NCBI GenBank assembly: GCA_016185545.1
Contig: JACPNJ010000002.1
Coordinates: 1-49,298 of the forward strand
Source: Candidatus Yanofskybacteria bacterium
GTDB lineage: Bacteria > Patescibacteriota > Minisyncoccia > 2-02-FULL-40-12 > IGHO2-01-FULL-4-A
DNA length: 49,298 nt
Reading direction: 5' to 3'
Below the pieces are notes generated by a model that saw only the letters and a list, made by a program, of their open reading frames with translations, did not search any database and was not told the origin of the DNA. The translations under genes and the position numbers were made by a program. Below, one piece after another: positions 38,701 through 47,187 of the stretch; position 1 is the first letter of the stretch, and the number at the start of each line of letters is the position of its first letter.

Positions 38701-39288
38701 TCATGATAACCCGCCAGTCATTTCCAAAACTGCGTTTAATGCGCTAGGCAACTCAGTTACGCCGTCGCTACCGCTAAAATGACCTTTGTCGTGCTCAATT
38801 ATGATTTTAGTGTTCAGCCTCTCTTCGAATAACTTTTTATTTTCTTCAAAGGGCACAACCGGATCATTATCACCAAAAATTGCTACGAAATTATTTGTTA
38901 AGCCCTTTATTAAATTAAAATTGATCGGGGTTTCAATCCAAGGTCTGCCAATTATTTTTTCTTCTTCTGTTTCTAAATCGCCCAGAACAAACCAGCCAGA
39001 TACAAAAACCGTACCGCCAACTTTTTTATCTACGGGTAAACTTTCCAAATATCGCAAAATGGTCTGACAACCGATACTGTGGCCAACAAAAAAAGTATTT
39101 TCATTAACATCACCGACAATTTTGGAAAGATGCGAAACCCACACCTCAATTTTTGGCACAGCAGGTTCTGGCATAGCCGGAACTTGCACCTCAAAACCGC
39201 GTGATTCTAATTCTTTTTTCAACCACGGAAACCAGCCCTCTTCGGGGTAACCGTCCCAACCGTGAATTATAAAAACCCCTTTTTTCAT
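38701..39288 (-). CDS. RBBP9/YdeN family alpha/beta hydrolase
   Basis: IIHGW...WFPWL, GHSIG nucleophile elbow, DNDPVVP, GHF. Confidence 0.92.
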   Translation of the reverse strand: MKKGVFIIHGWDGYPEEGWFPWLKKELESRGFEVQVPAMPEPAVPKIEVWVSHLSKIVGDVNENTFFVGHSIGCQTILRYLESLPVDKKVGGTVFVSGWFVLGDLETEEEKIIGRPWIETPINFNLIKGLTNNFVAIFGDNDPVVPFEENKKLFEERLNTKIIIEHDKGHFSGSDGVTELPSALNAVLEMTGGLS

Positions 39289-39310
39289 CTTAGACTTAAG
39301 AGAGAGAACC

Positions 39311-39505
39311 CCGTCAAAAATTATTTAAAGCGAGCCATTATGCCTTATAGCACCGTTGAAAGAGTGGATTGCACGGTCGCCGAGCAGTATAATGTTTGGG
39401 CGGTAGCCCACTGCGAGGCGAATCCACGCTTTCAACGGAGCGACGCAACCTCGCTGGGGTTGCTAGCGGTGATAGAAGGCATGATGGCGAGCTAATTTTT
39501 GACGG
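39311..39505 (+). repeat. Structured repeat family A, copy 2
   Basis: Core atgccttatagcaccgttgaaagagtggattgcacgg...aatccacgctttcaacgg...gcaacctcgctggggttgc...ggtgatagaaggcat; extra outer stem ccgtcaaaaatta/taatttttgacgg. Confidence 0.9.
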
Positions 39506-39514
39506 TGGCGAGTG

Positions 39515-40933
39515 TTATTTTTTAATTTGTAAATGTAGCTCTTTCAACTGTTTTTCTTCCAATTCGGAGGGACTGTTCATCATAAGGTCTCGGGCATCAC
39601 CGGTTTTGGGAAAGGCAATCACCTCGCGGATATTTGGTTCGTTGGCAAGTATCGCCACTAGGCGGTCCAATCCCCAAGCGATACCGCCATGCGTCGGCGC
39701 ACCATAACTGAACGCCTCTAGCATATGCCCAAAATTTTTGGTAATTCTTTCCTCATCTAATCCTAAAATTTCAAAAACTTTTTTTAATGCTTCGGCCTTG
39801 TGGTTACGGATACTGCCACCGCCTATTTCAAAACCATTCAATATAATATCATACTGCGTAGTCAAAATCTCACCGATATTTTTCTTTTGCATCAGCCATT
39901 CCATGTGTTCCGGTTTTGGCGCGGAAAAAGGATTATGCGTGAAAGTCCACTTCTTCGCTAAAGCTTCGAAGTGCGCAGCACCCTCTTTTTCTTTTTCAAA
40001 AAACGGAAAATCAATCACCCAGCAGAATGCCAAAAGATCGGGGTCGTCAGGGTGTTCACGTAAATCTGGCCTGTCAGTCTTGTATTTTTCCATTGCCTCT
40101 TTGTAAGTTAACCGCGGGAACGGAATTTCCTGAATCTTTTTATTCGGCATTACATTTTTTATCAACTCAATCAATAATGCTTCATTCACCGCCATCACAT
40201 CTTCGCGCTCCACAAAAGACATTTCCATATCCATCTGTGTAAATTCCGGCTGTCTGTCGCCGCGCGTATCCTCATCGCGAAAACTTCTGGCGATTTGGAA
40301 ATATTTCTCAATACCAGCCACCATCAAAAGCTGTTTATATTGCTGGGGCGATTGCGGCAAGGCGTAAAATTTGCCGGAATACAAACGAGAAGGCACCACA
40401 TAATCCCTCGCTCCTTCGGGAGTAGATTTGGTCATAATCGGAGTTTCAATTTCCAAAAATCCCTCCCTATCAAAAAAATCTCGAATAAACTTGGTTACCC
40501 GATGCCGCAGAGCCATATTTTTGGATAATCTCTCGCGCCGCAGATCAAGATAACGGTATTTCATCCGATTTTCCTCACCTATTTCGCGTCCGTCCGTATC
40601 AAGAGCAAAGGGCGGCGTAGCCGCCTCTGATAAAACCTCAATTGATTCCGGCTGTACTTCTATGTCGCCAGTTTCAATTTCTTTATTTACCATCGCTGAC
40701 GGCCGTTTAGCAACCTTGCCTGACACTTTTAAAACCCACTCCGAGCGCAGAGTTTCGGCAGTTTTATACAGTTCTTTATCCTGTGGCGTAAAAACCAGTT
40801 GAACAATTCCCGATTTATCGCGCAAATCAATAAAAATTATCTTACCGTGATCCCGCCGGCCATGCACCCAACCAAAAAGTTCCACGTTTTCATCAGCTTT
40901 ATTTTTTGTATAAGCAATCAGTGTCCTACTCAT
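39515..40933 (-). CDS. aspS: Aspartate--tRNA ligase (short form lacking the GAD insertion; likely non-discriminating)
   Basis: GWVHGRRDHGKIIFIDLRD, YRYLDLR, PEGARDY, LPQSPQ, FRDED...RQPEFTQ, GGGSIR, HGGIAWGLDRL. Confidence 0.96.
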   Translation of the reverse strand: MSRTLIAYTKNKADENVELFGWVHGRRDHGKIIFIDLRDKSGIVQLVFTPQDKELYKTAETLRSEWVLKVSGKVAKRPSAMVNKEIETGDIEVQPESIEVLSEAATPPFALDTDGREIGEENRMKYRYLDLRRERLSKNMALRHRVTKFIRDFFDREGFLEIETPIMTKSTPEGARDYVVPSRLYSGKFYALPQSPQQYKQLLMVAGIEKYFQIARSFRDEDTRGDRQPEFTQMDMEMSFVEREDVMAVNEALLIELIKNVMPNKKIQEIPFPRLTYKEAMEKYKTDRPDLREHPDDPDLLAFCWVIDFPFFEKEKEGAAHFEALAKKWTFTHNPFSAPKPEHMEWLMQKKNIGEILTTQYDIILNGFEIGGGSIRNHKAEALKKVFEILGLDEERITKNFGHMLEAFSYGAPTHGGIAWGLDRLVAILANEPNIREVIAFPKTGDARDLMMNSPSELEEKQLKELHLQIKK

Positions 40934-40967
40934 AATTATATGGTAGTACACAAATTAAATTTAGGCA

Positions 40968-41003
40968 AAAACAAAAGCCAGCTTATGAGCTGGTTTTTGT
41001 TTT
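40968..41003. terminator. Probable terminator hairpin
   Basis: aaaacaaaagccagct-tatg-agctggtttttgtttt. Confidence 0.7.
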
Positions 41004-41170
41004 ATGAACGCTCAGTCTTGTCCCACTATACTTTTGTTGAAAATAACGCCATCTACATAATCTCACCCCGCCCCATCTGAAATAAGGGTCGCTTTAAGCA
41101 ATTAACTAATACCACGACTCGCCTTCGGCTCTAGTTATTTTTACACAAAACCCTAGCCCAGAAAGGGCGG

Positions 41171-41230
41171 GGTAAATATCTGCGACCGTACTCGTTCGCT
41201 TCGCTTACTGCGTGCGGGCAGCTATTTACC
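41171..41230. repeat. Hairpin whose outer arm overlaps the rpsG stop codon
   Basis: ggtaaata...tatttacc encloses ctgc/gcag and ccgtac/gtgcgg around a ttcgcttcgc loop. Confidence 0.55.
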
Positions 41231-41693
41231 ACGCAAAATGCGCGAAAGCTTTATTGGCTTCCGCCATACGATGAGTATCGGTTTTCTTTTTGATGGCCAC
41301 GCCGGTGTTGTTGTAGGCGTTGATAATTTCCTGCGCCAGTTTTTCCCGCATCGGTTTGCCCTTGCCCGATCGGGCCGCGTCAATTATCCAGCGAAACGCA
41401 AGCGCAAGTTTGCGCTCTCCCCTCACCTCGTAGGGCACCTGGTAATTGGCGCCGCCGATTCTGCGCGATTTCAGTTCCATTTGGGGACCGGCATTATTAA
41501 ACGCGGCATCCAGCACTTCAAGCGCCGGTTTTTTTAATTCTTTTTCCGCCAACTCCAAAGCTCCATAGACGATTTTCTCGGCTATGGATTTTTTGCCGCT
41601 TTCCATTACTTTATTGATAAACTTGGCCACCAAAAGCGACGAATATTTATAATCCGGTTCCTGTATTATTTTTTTCTTTATTGGCTTACGCAT
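41226..41693 (-). CDS. rpsG: 30S ribosomal protein S7
   Basis: [41 protein letters not shown]. Confidence 0.98.
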   Translation of the reverse strand: MRKPIKKKIIQEPDYKYSSLLVAKFINKVMESGKKSIAEKIVYGALELAEKELKKPALEVLDAAFNNAGPQMELKSRRIGGANYQVPYEVRGERKLALAFRWIIDAARSGKGKPMREKLAQEIINAYNNTGVAIKKKTDTHRMAEANKAFAHFAW

Positions 41694-41717
41694 ATTTGTT
41701 ATTGCTCACCTTGGATT

Positions 41718-42596
41718 TTATTTTGGGTACCACCGAACCGGCCGAATCCACCCGTTATATTTTCCCGTCTCGTAAGGTATTATACCCATATCGGCAAGCG
41801 ACCGTTCAGCCTCAATGCCTTGAGGCAATGATCTTACACGAATAAATAGGTCGTCTGCCAAATCAGTGTTTGGGCTTGGATATGGCGTACCTATTATTTC
41901 CAAAATTTCTTTTTTATTGAATTCTATATTTTCAATTTCAATAATTAAACCGGGCACAATATCTTCCAGGGTCGGGGTCAACCAGGTTTTTTCCTTAACA
42001 AATCTAGGATTTTTGGACGGTCTTTCGCGATCCCATTCTTCATCCCAATGCTTAATGACATCCTCAATTGATTCCTCGCTCTCTTTTGTTTCTTGCTCTG
42101 CAAATTGATGCATCGGCATTTTAGTTTTTGGCTGTTTGCTTTCTGCCTCTCCTCGAATAATGGCATCAATCTCCGGCAGGTAGCTAAGAAACTTATTTTT
42201 AAGCACCGTGAGCGCAAACCCTCTTCGGCTCTGGTTTTTAAATATGGTCGGACTTAATTTTTTGACTAGCTCTCCCAATTCCTTGTTGATTGCGCTCTTG
42301 GCCCCCTCATAATTCCCGCTTGCGATAATATCAAAAATTTTGCCGTGAAGTTCTTCAAAAACGTTTTCCTTTAAACTCTCCGCCGCTATTTCCCAAAATA
42401 ATTTTTCCCTCATAACCTCATCGGGCTCTAAATTTTTCAATTGTTCGCGTGTTAGTTTAAGAAGCGGCTCAATGTCTTCTTCGCCGTGGCCTTCAATTAC
42501 GTCTCGCACAGACTCGCTAATCTCTTTTTTCAAATTCAAATATTCTTTTGATTCTTGTATGCTTTTTTTACCTAATTTTTCTAGAGTGGTTGTCAT
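41718..42596 (-). CDS. Hypothetical protein inserted between rpsL and rpsG
   Basis: 292-aa Glu/Lys-rich ORF, co-oriented with both neighbours. Confidence 0.8.
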   Translation of the reverse strand: MTTTLEKLGKKSIQESKEYLNLKKEISESVRDVIEGHGEEDIEPLLKLTREQLKNLEPDEVMREKLFWEIAAESLKENVFEELHGKIFDIIASGNYEGAKSAINKELGELVKKLSPTIFKNQSRRGFALTVLKNKFLSYLPEIDAIIRGEAESKQPKTKMPMHQFAEQETKESEESIEDVIKHWDEEWDRERPSKNPRFVKEKTWLTPTLEDIVPGLIIEIENIEFNKKEILEIIGTPYPSPNTDLADDLFIRVRSLPQGIEAERSLADMGIIPYETGKYNGWIRPVRWYPK

Positions 42597-42625
42597 TATA
42601 ACTAACAGCTAGTTATCGGAAATAT

Positions 42626-43039
42626 CTAGCTCTTAGGCATCTTGGCTCCATATCTGCTTCTGCCACGCTTCCTGTTTTCAACTCCGGAAGCATCCAGCCG
42701 GCCGCGTATTATATGGTATTGCACGCCAGGCAAGTCCTTAACCCTGCCGCCGCGCAATGTTACTACGGAATGCTCCTGCAAATTATGGCCAACGCCGGGA
42801 ATGTACGCCGTTACTTCCATGCCATTGGTCAGCCGCACACGGGCGAATTTGCGCAAAGCGGAATTCGGTTTCTTGGGAGTCATCGTGCCGACTTTTATAG
42901 CCACGCCGCGTTTGAACGGCGCCGGATAATCAACCGGCGTATTTTTCTTGCTGTTAAATCCAAACGACAAAGCCGGCGATCTGGTTTTAGCTTTGGACTT
43001 CTTGCGCGGATGTTTTAATAACTGGTTTAAGGTAGGCAT
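42626..43039 (-). CDS. rpsL: 30S ribosomal protein S12
   Basis: [36 protein letters not shown]. Confidence 0.99.
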   Translation of the reverse strand: MPTLNQLLKHPRKKSKAKTRSPALSFGFNSKKNTPVDYPAPFKRGVAIKVGTMTPKKPNSALRKFARVRLTNGMEVTAYIPGVGHNLQEHSVVTLRGGRVKDLPGVQYHIIRGRLDASGVENRKRGRSRYGAKMPKS

Positions 43040-43173
43040 ACACTATCAGCGAATAACGAATTTATACTAAATATACTAATTTACGAAAAGTTTAGGGTTC
43101 ATTTATTTGTATATTCGTAACGACGTTATTCGTTGGTAATTTTTCGGCTAATTAAAAGGGGGTTCAAACCTCC

Positions 43174-43785
43174 CTATCCTACTATAAGCCGAAAGATTAA
43201 ATTAATCAAGGGGTAAACAAAAGGAAATATAAAAATTAAAAAAATAAAGAAAAGAACTAAACCGTATCTCATAAGGAATAGCTTGAGAGCGGCAAATCTA
43301 TTTGGTAGAAATGCCAAAAGCAGCCAATGGCCGTCAAGAGGAGGAATTGGCGCCAAATTGAATATCGCCAAAAGAAGGTTTATTCTAACGATGAAACTTA
43401 TCAATAAAGGCAGCGCCGTTGATTCTAAACTTGAGGGTAAAAATCTTAAAAATAATCCGAAAAGAACTGCCAACACAAGGTTAGATGCCGGTCCTGCCAG
43501 CGCTACTTTTGCTGATCCGAATTTGAGATCGGTTAGATTGGCGGGATTATGCGGTACGGGTTTAGCATAACCAAACACAAATGAAGATCTGGCTAGAATC
43601 AAAAGAAGCGGCAGTATAACCGAACCGAACATGTCCAGATGTTTCAATGGATTTAGGGTGAGACGGCCGGCATTTTTTGCAGTATCATCACCCAAACTGT
43701 TGGCAACGATACCATGAGAAACCTCATGCACAACAACAGAATAAATGAAAACAACTGCTACGAAAACGCCTTCTAAAATTCCCAT
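43174..43785 (-). CDS. Site-2 protease family (M50) membrane metalloprotease
   Basis: HEVSH, GRLTLNP, LAGPASN, FNLAPIPPLDG. Confidence 0.94.
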   Translation of the reverse strand: MGILEGVFVAVVFIYSVVVHEVSHGIVANSLGDDTAKNAGRLTLNPLKHLDMFGSVILPLLLILARSSFVFGYAKPVPHNPANLTDLKFGSAKVALAGPASNLVLAVLFGLFLRFLPSSLESTALPLLISFIVRINLLLAIFNLAPIPPLDGHWLLLAFLPNRFAALKLFLMRYGLVLFFIFLIFIFPFVYPLINLIFRLIVG

Positions 43786-43787
43786 GT

Positions 43788-43816
43788 TTGCTAATTTAGC
43801 AGATTTTTGTTATATT
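43788..43816 (+). promoter_or_regulatory. sigma70 promoter for rpmB, overlapping the divergent M50 promoter
   Basis: TTGCTA, 17-nt spacer, TGt-TATATT. Confidence 0.6.
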
Positions 43817-43832
43817 GTAAATTGATCATGCC

Positions 43833-43967
43833 CCGCTCCAATTTTGCAAAGTAGTGAGTGGCAGTGCCTCTCCCGCGAAACCACTATTCGTGGCCGGGCA
43901 CTGCAAAAGCTGGGCAAGTTTAATTTTTATCTAAAATTAAGAGGAGCAACGGGTAAAATTTGAGCGG
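43833..43967. repeat. Nested-hairpin element in the rpmB leader
   Basis: ccgctccaattttgc / gtaaaatttgagcgg encloses gcagtgcc/ggcactgc and ttaatttt/aaaattaa. Confidence 0.6.
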
Positions 43968-44008
43968 AGTGCTTATTTTGTTACCCAATCGCTTCACTTT
44001 TGGACAAA

Positions 44009-44191
44009 ATGGCAACTCGTTGCCCTCGTTGCGGAAAAAAACCGATGACGGCGAACAAACGAAAACTTTTGCGCGGTAATTATAATCCCGTAAACCGCTA
44101 CCGCAAATATCCCAATCTTCAATGGGCTCATGTTGACGGTAAGAGAATCAGGATTTGCACCTCGTGTATTAAAACGCTAAATAAAGCTTGA
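44009..44191 (+). CDS. rpmB: 50S ribosomal protein L28
   Basis: CPRCGK...R.YPNLQ...RIRICTSCIK, zinc-binding L28 type. Confidence 0.88.
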   Translation: MATRCPRCGKKPMTANKRKLLRGNYNPVNRYRKYPNLQWAHVDGKRIRICTSCIKTLNKA

Positions 44192-44694
44192 TGGGTAATT
44201 TTCTTGAAAAATCCGCGACTCAAAAAGAAGTTATTTTAGAATCTGACAATTCTGGACCAAAACAGATTTTAGAAAAATATTCAGATATAATTGGTAACGA
44301 TGGCATTTTTAAAAAGATCGCCGGATCTATAGAGGACGGCTGGCAGGAACTTAGCCCAAAAGGTAAACAAGACATATCTAAAGAGGTTGAAACCCTAATT
44401 AATAAATTGATAGATTATCATGATTCTTATGTTAATCTAAAAGGACTTGCCGGTAGGCGGTTTTATTTTGAAGATACTAAAAAACTTCAGGAAAGCGCCA
44501 AGGCAACAGATATGCGCGAGAAAATATTGCACGATGCCTTTGTGGATTCGCTTAATATACTTTCAAGAAAAATGAAGAAACTGGGACTTGATAACTCTTG
44601 GCGCGCAGATGAAGAGATATATGGCCTAACACCGAAAGCGGCTCGGGAAAAGCCAAAACTTTGGATGTTTAAGATTTTTAGAGAAAAAATATAA
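44191..44694 (+). CDS. Hypothetical helical protein (possibly DUF3232-like)
   Basis: TGATG coupling with rpmB; motif ILHDAFVDSLNILSR. Confidence 0.7.
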   Translation: MGNFLEKSATQKEVILESDNSGPKQILEKYSDIIGNDGIFKKIAGSIEDGWQELSPKGKQDISKEVETLINKLIDYHDSYVNLKGLAGRRFYFEDTKKLQESAKATDMREKILHDAFVDSLNILSRKMKKLGLDNSWRADEEIYGLTPKAAREKPKLWMFKIFREKI

Positions 44695-44703
44695 ATCGGG
44701 GTA

Positions 44704-44777
44704 CGGGCCGTCGTATAATGGTAGTACGCGAGGCTGGGGGTCTTGCAGCGGGAGTTCGATTCTCCCCGGCCCGACCA
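44704..44777 (+). tRNA. tRNA-Pro(GGG)
   Basis: CGGGCCG/CGGCCCG-A-CCA, anticodon loop ctGGGgg, T-arm GGGAG-TTCGATT-CTCCC. Confidence 0.95.
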
Positions 44778-44779
44778 CA

Positions 44780-44815
44780 ATCAAAAACCATACGATTAAT
44801 CGTATGGTTTTTGAT
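44780..44815. terminator. Perfect 36-bp palindrome, bidirectional terminator between convergent genes
   Basis: atcaaaaaccatacgatt-aatcgtatggtttttgat. Confidence 0.8.
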
Positions 44816-44821
44816 ATAAGA

Positions 44822-45307
44822 TCATGACCTTTGCCACTCGGTTTTAACGCCCTTGAGCTGGTTTTCCGTCATTACCAATTCATCGTATATTCCGTCAATT
44901 AGCTGATATGATTTTGCTTCTTCAAGAGTTACCCACTTGAAATCATCGGTTTCATCATGTTGAAGCGCAACTTCACCCGATTGATAGTCAGCCAAACAAG
45001 AAATGACCAGGGATGGATTTCCGTCACCGTGCACCGTGGCCAAACTTGTCACATACGTGATGTTTGTGATTTCCAGTCCGACCTCTTCCTTAACCTCGCG
45101 ACGCAAAACTTTTTCTAATACATTATACCAATAATCAGTCGCGTCTTTGGGTAAGTTAATGTAATCATCCGTCTCCAGTTTGCCGCCGGGGACCGTCCAC
45201 ATACCAGGAAAGCGTTTTTTATTTGAAGAACGGCGGGTAATCAAATACTTGCCGTCTTTGACGATAATCGCAGTAATGGCCACTTCGTGTAAAAATTTAT
45301 TTTCCAT
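44822..45307 (-). CDS. NUDIX hydrolase
   Basis: WTVPGGKLE...LRREVKEEVGL Nudix box with an insertion. Confidence 0.92.
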   Translation of the reverse strand: MENKFLHEVAITAIIVKDGKYLITRRSSNKKRFPGMWTVPGGKLETDDYINLPKDATDYWYNVLEKVLRREVKEEVGLEITNITYVTSLATVHGDGNPSLVISCLADYQSGEVALQHDETDDFKWVTLEEAKSYQLIDGIYDELVMTENQLKGVKTEWQRS

Positions 45308-45322
45308 AAATTAAACAATAAC

Positions 45323-45826
45323 TCAATCCTCCTTTAAAGTAAATTTCGTATATGATGGCTTATGTTCTACTAATTCTTCCGGCTTAAACCAAACATTAAT
45401 TTCTGTCTGCGCTTCCTCGGGTGAAGCCGAGGCGTGAATAAGATTAAAAACTCCGATTTTCTTGTCATCAGCATAACCATATGAAACGTGGGTATAGTCA
45501 CCCCTGATAGTGCCAGACGCGGCAACCTTGGGTTCGGTAGCGCCCACCATTTTTCTTGCAACCTCAACCATTTCTATACCCTCAAGTGCTAATGCCAAAA
45601 TAGGTCCGGAGGTCAGCATATCAATCATCCTTTGCCTAATTACATCTCCCCTCCTTTTGGCCAAATCTTCGGTATAATGCTTCATGGCAGTATCTTTTTC
45701 AGAAACAAGAACTTTCATGCCGACAATTTTAGCGCCTACACGCTCAAAACGAGTGATTATTTCACCGATTATTCCTCGATCAAGAGCATCAGGTTTTAAT
45801 AAAATTAGGGTTCTCTGCAGTTTCAT
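45323..45826 (-). CDS. ndk: Nucleoside diphosphate kinase
   Basis: RTLILLKPDA, GTIRGDY, NLIHAS. Confidence 0.96.
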   Translation of the reverse strand: MKLQRTLILLKPDALDRGIIGEIITRFERVGAKIVGMKVLVSEKDTAMKHYTEDLAKRRGDVIRQRMIDMLTSGPILALALEGIEMVEVARKMVGATEPKVAASGTIRGDYTHVSYGYADDKKIGVFNLIHASASPEEAQTEINVWFKPEELVEHKPSYTKFTLKED

Positions 45827-45838
45827 TGTTTTTAATTT

Positions 45839-46005
45839 TAGAGTTGGGTGAGTAATGCCTCATAGCACCGTCAAAAGAGTGGATTGCACGGTTTGCGAGC
45901 AGTATAATAGTAAATCACTGCAAGCAAAATCCACGCTTTTGACGGAACGCAGCAACCTCGCTGGGGTTGCTAGTGGTGATAGGAGGCGTTACTCACCCAA
46001 CTCTA
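45839..46005 (+). repeat. Structured repeat family A, copy 3
   Basis: Same core as copies 1 and 2; 23-bp outer stem tagagttgggtgagtaatgcctc / gaggcgttactcacccaactcta overlaps the last codons of the upstream gene. Confidence 0.9.
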
Positions 46006-46879
46006 TTTTATAATTTTGACCGTCAAGTATTAATTCAACGGCACCATCAATATCCGTTCTATAATATTTTATACCATAATTTTCCAGCCGCTCCAAAACT
46101 TCTTGGTGTGGATGCCCGTATTTATTTTTCTTTCCGACTTCAATAAACGCCAGCACCGGGTTAACTGCTTTCAAAAAATTCTCAGTCGTTGAAGTTTTAC
46201 TGCCATGATGTCCAATTTTTAAAAATTTTGCTGACAAGTTTGTACCGCTGGTTAATAATTTATATTCCGTCTTGGCCTCGGCATCACCCGTAAACATTAT
46301 ACTATCATTGCCATAATCCAAACGAAAAATTACCATAGCGTCGTGAGGATTTTTTAATACTTCTTGGTCGTCAATTTTAGGATAAAATGGGTATAAAATA
46401 GTAAGTTTTGCGCTACCGCCCAAATCAATAACTTGGCCGGCTTGAGCTTGAGTTGTCGGAATTGAAGATTTCTCCTTGGTCCACTCTGCATATTCCGCGG
46501 TGTTATATGGAGTGTGATTTTCAATAATTTGCCCGACTTCATATCTTTTCAATACCTCTATGAGTCCCGTAACGTGGTCGGCGTGCGGATGAGTCAAAAT
46601 AACAAGATCAACTGAGTGGTCGTAAAACGGCATAACCCGGCCAAGTTCTTGCAAGATTTTACTATCAGGTCCGCCATCAATTAGAATTTGATTGCCGTTA
46701 AAATCAATCAGTTCCGCGTCACCCTGTTCGACGTCAAGAAAATAAACATGGAGCAGGCCGTCAAAACCGGCAACCGTCGGCAACGCCCAAAAACTTAAAA
46801 TTGCCGCGCTGGCAATCAGGGCAAAAACCAACCACTCAAGTTTAGATAATTTTCTGGAAAGCGACTCGCTAAGCATCAA
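45989..46879 (-). CDS. ComEC/Rec2-type metallo-beta-lactamase domain protein
   Basis: FLDVEQGDA, LIDGG, THPHADHVTG, FTGD, KIGHHGS, YGHPH, RTDIDG. Confidence 0.93.
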   Translation of the reverse strand: MMLSESLSRKLSKLEWLVFALIASAAILSFWALPTVAGFDGLLHVYFLDVEQGDAELIDFNGNQILIDGGPDSKILQELGRVMPFYDHSVDLVILTHPHADHVTGLIEVLKRYEVGQIIENHTPYNTAEYAEWTKEKSSIPTTQAQAGQVIDLGGSAKLTILYPFYPKIDDQEVLKNPHDAMVIFRLDYGNDSIMFTGDAEAKTEYKLLTSGTNLSAKFLKIGHHGSKTSTTENFLKAVNPVLAFIEVGKKNKYGHPHQEVLERLENYGIKYYRTDIDGAVELILDGQNYKIELGE

Positions 46880-46959
46880 CTCTCAATATCACAAAATTTA
46901 AAAATAACAAAGCCGACTTAAAAGCCGGCAGAGGTTGTATCAAGGCAACACTCTATTCT

Positions 46960-47184
46960 TCATTCTTCGCAATCAGGCCAAGGTGATTCATTGGACGGAC
47001 TAACTGCCAGATTAAAGCACACGTCCGAGCAAACCCATCTGCCATCGTGAAGTATACGAATTTTAGAAACAGCGGTTCGTACGGAGCCGTTATTTTTTTT
47101 CACTTTTCGCATTGCCGCAATATACAATTCTTTTCTGCAAACACAACATTTGACCCAATCGGGTGGTTCGTCATCCTTTGACAT
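46960..47184 (-). CDS. Small Cys-containing (possible zinc-finger) protein
   Basis: CCVC...CSDVC; starts 3 nt after the comEC stop. Confidence 0.55.
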   Translation of the reverse strand: MSKDDEPPDWVKCCVCRKELYIAAMRKVKKNNGSVRTAVSKIRILHDGRWVCSDVCFNLAVSPSNESPWPDCEE

Positions 47185-47187
47185 GGA

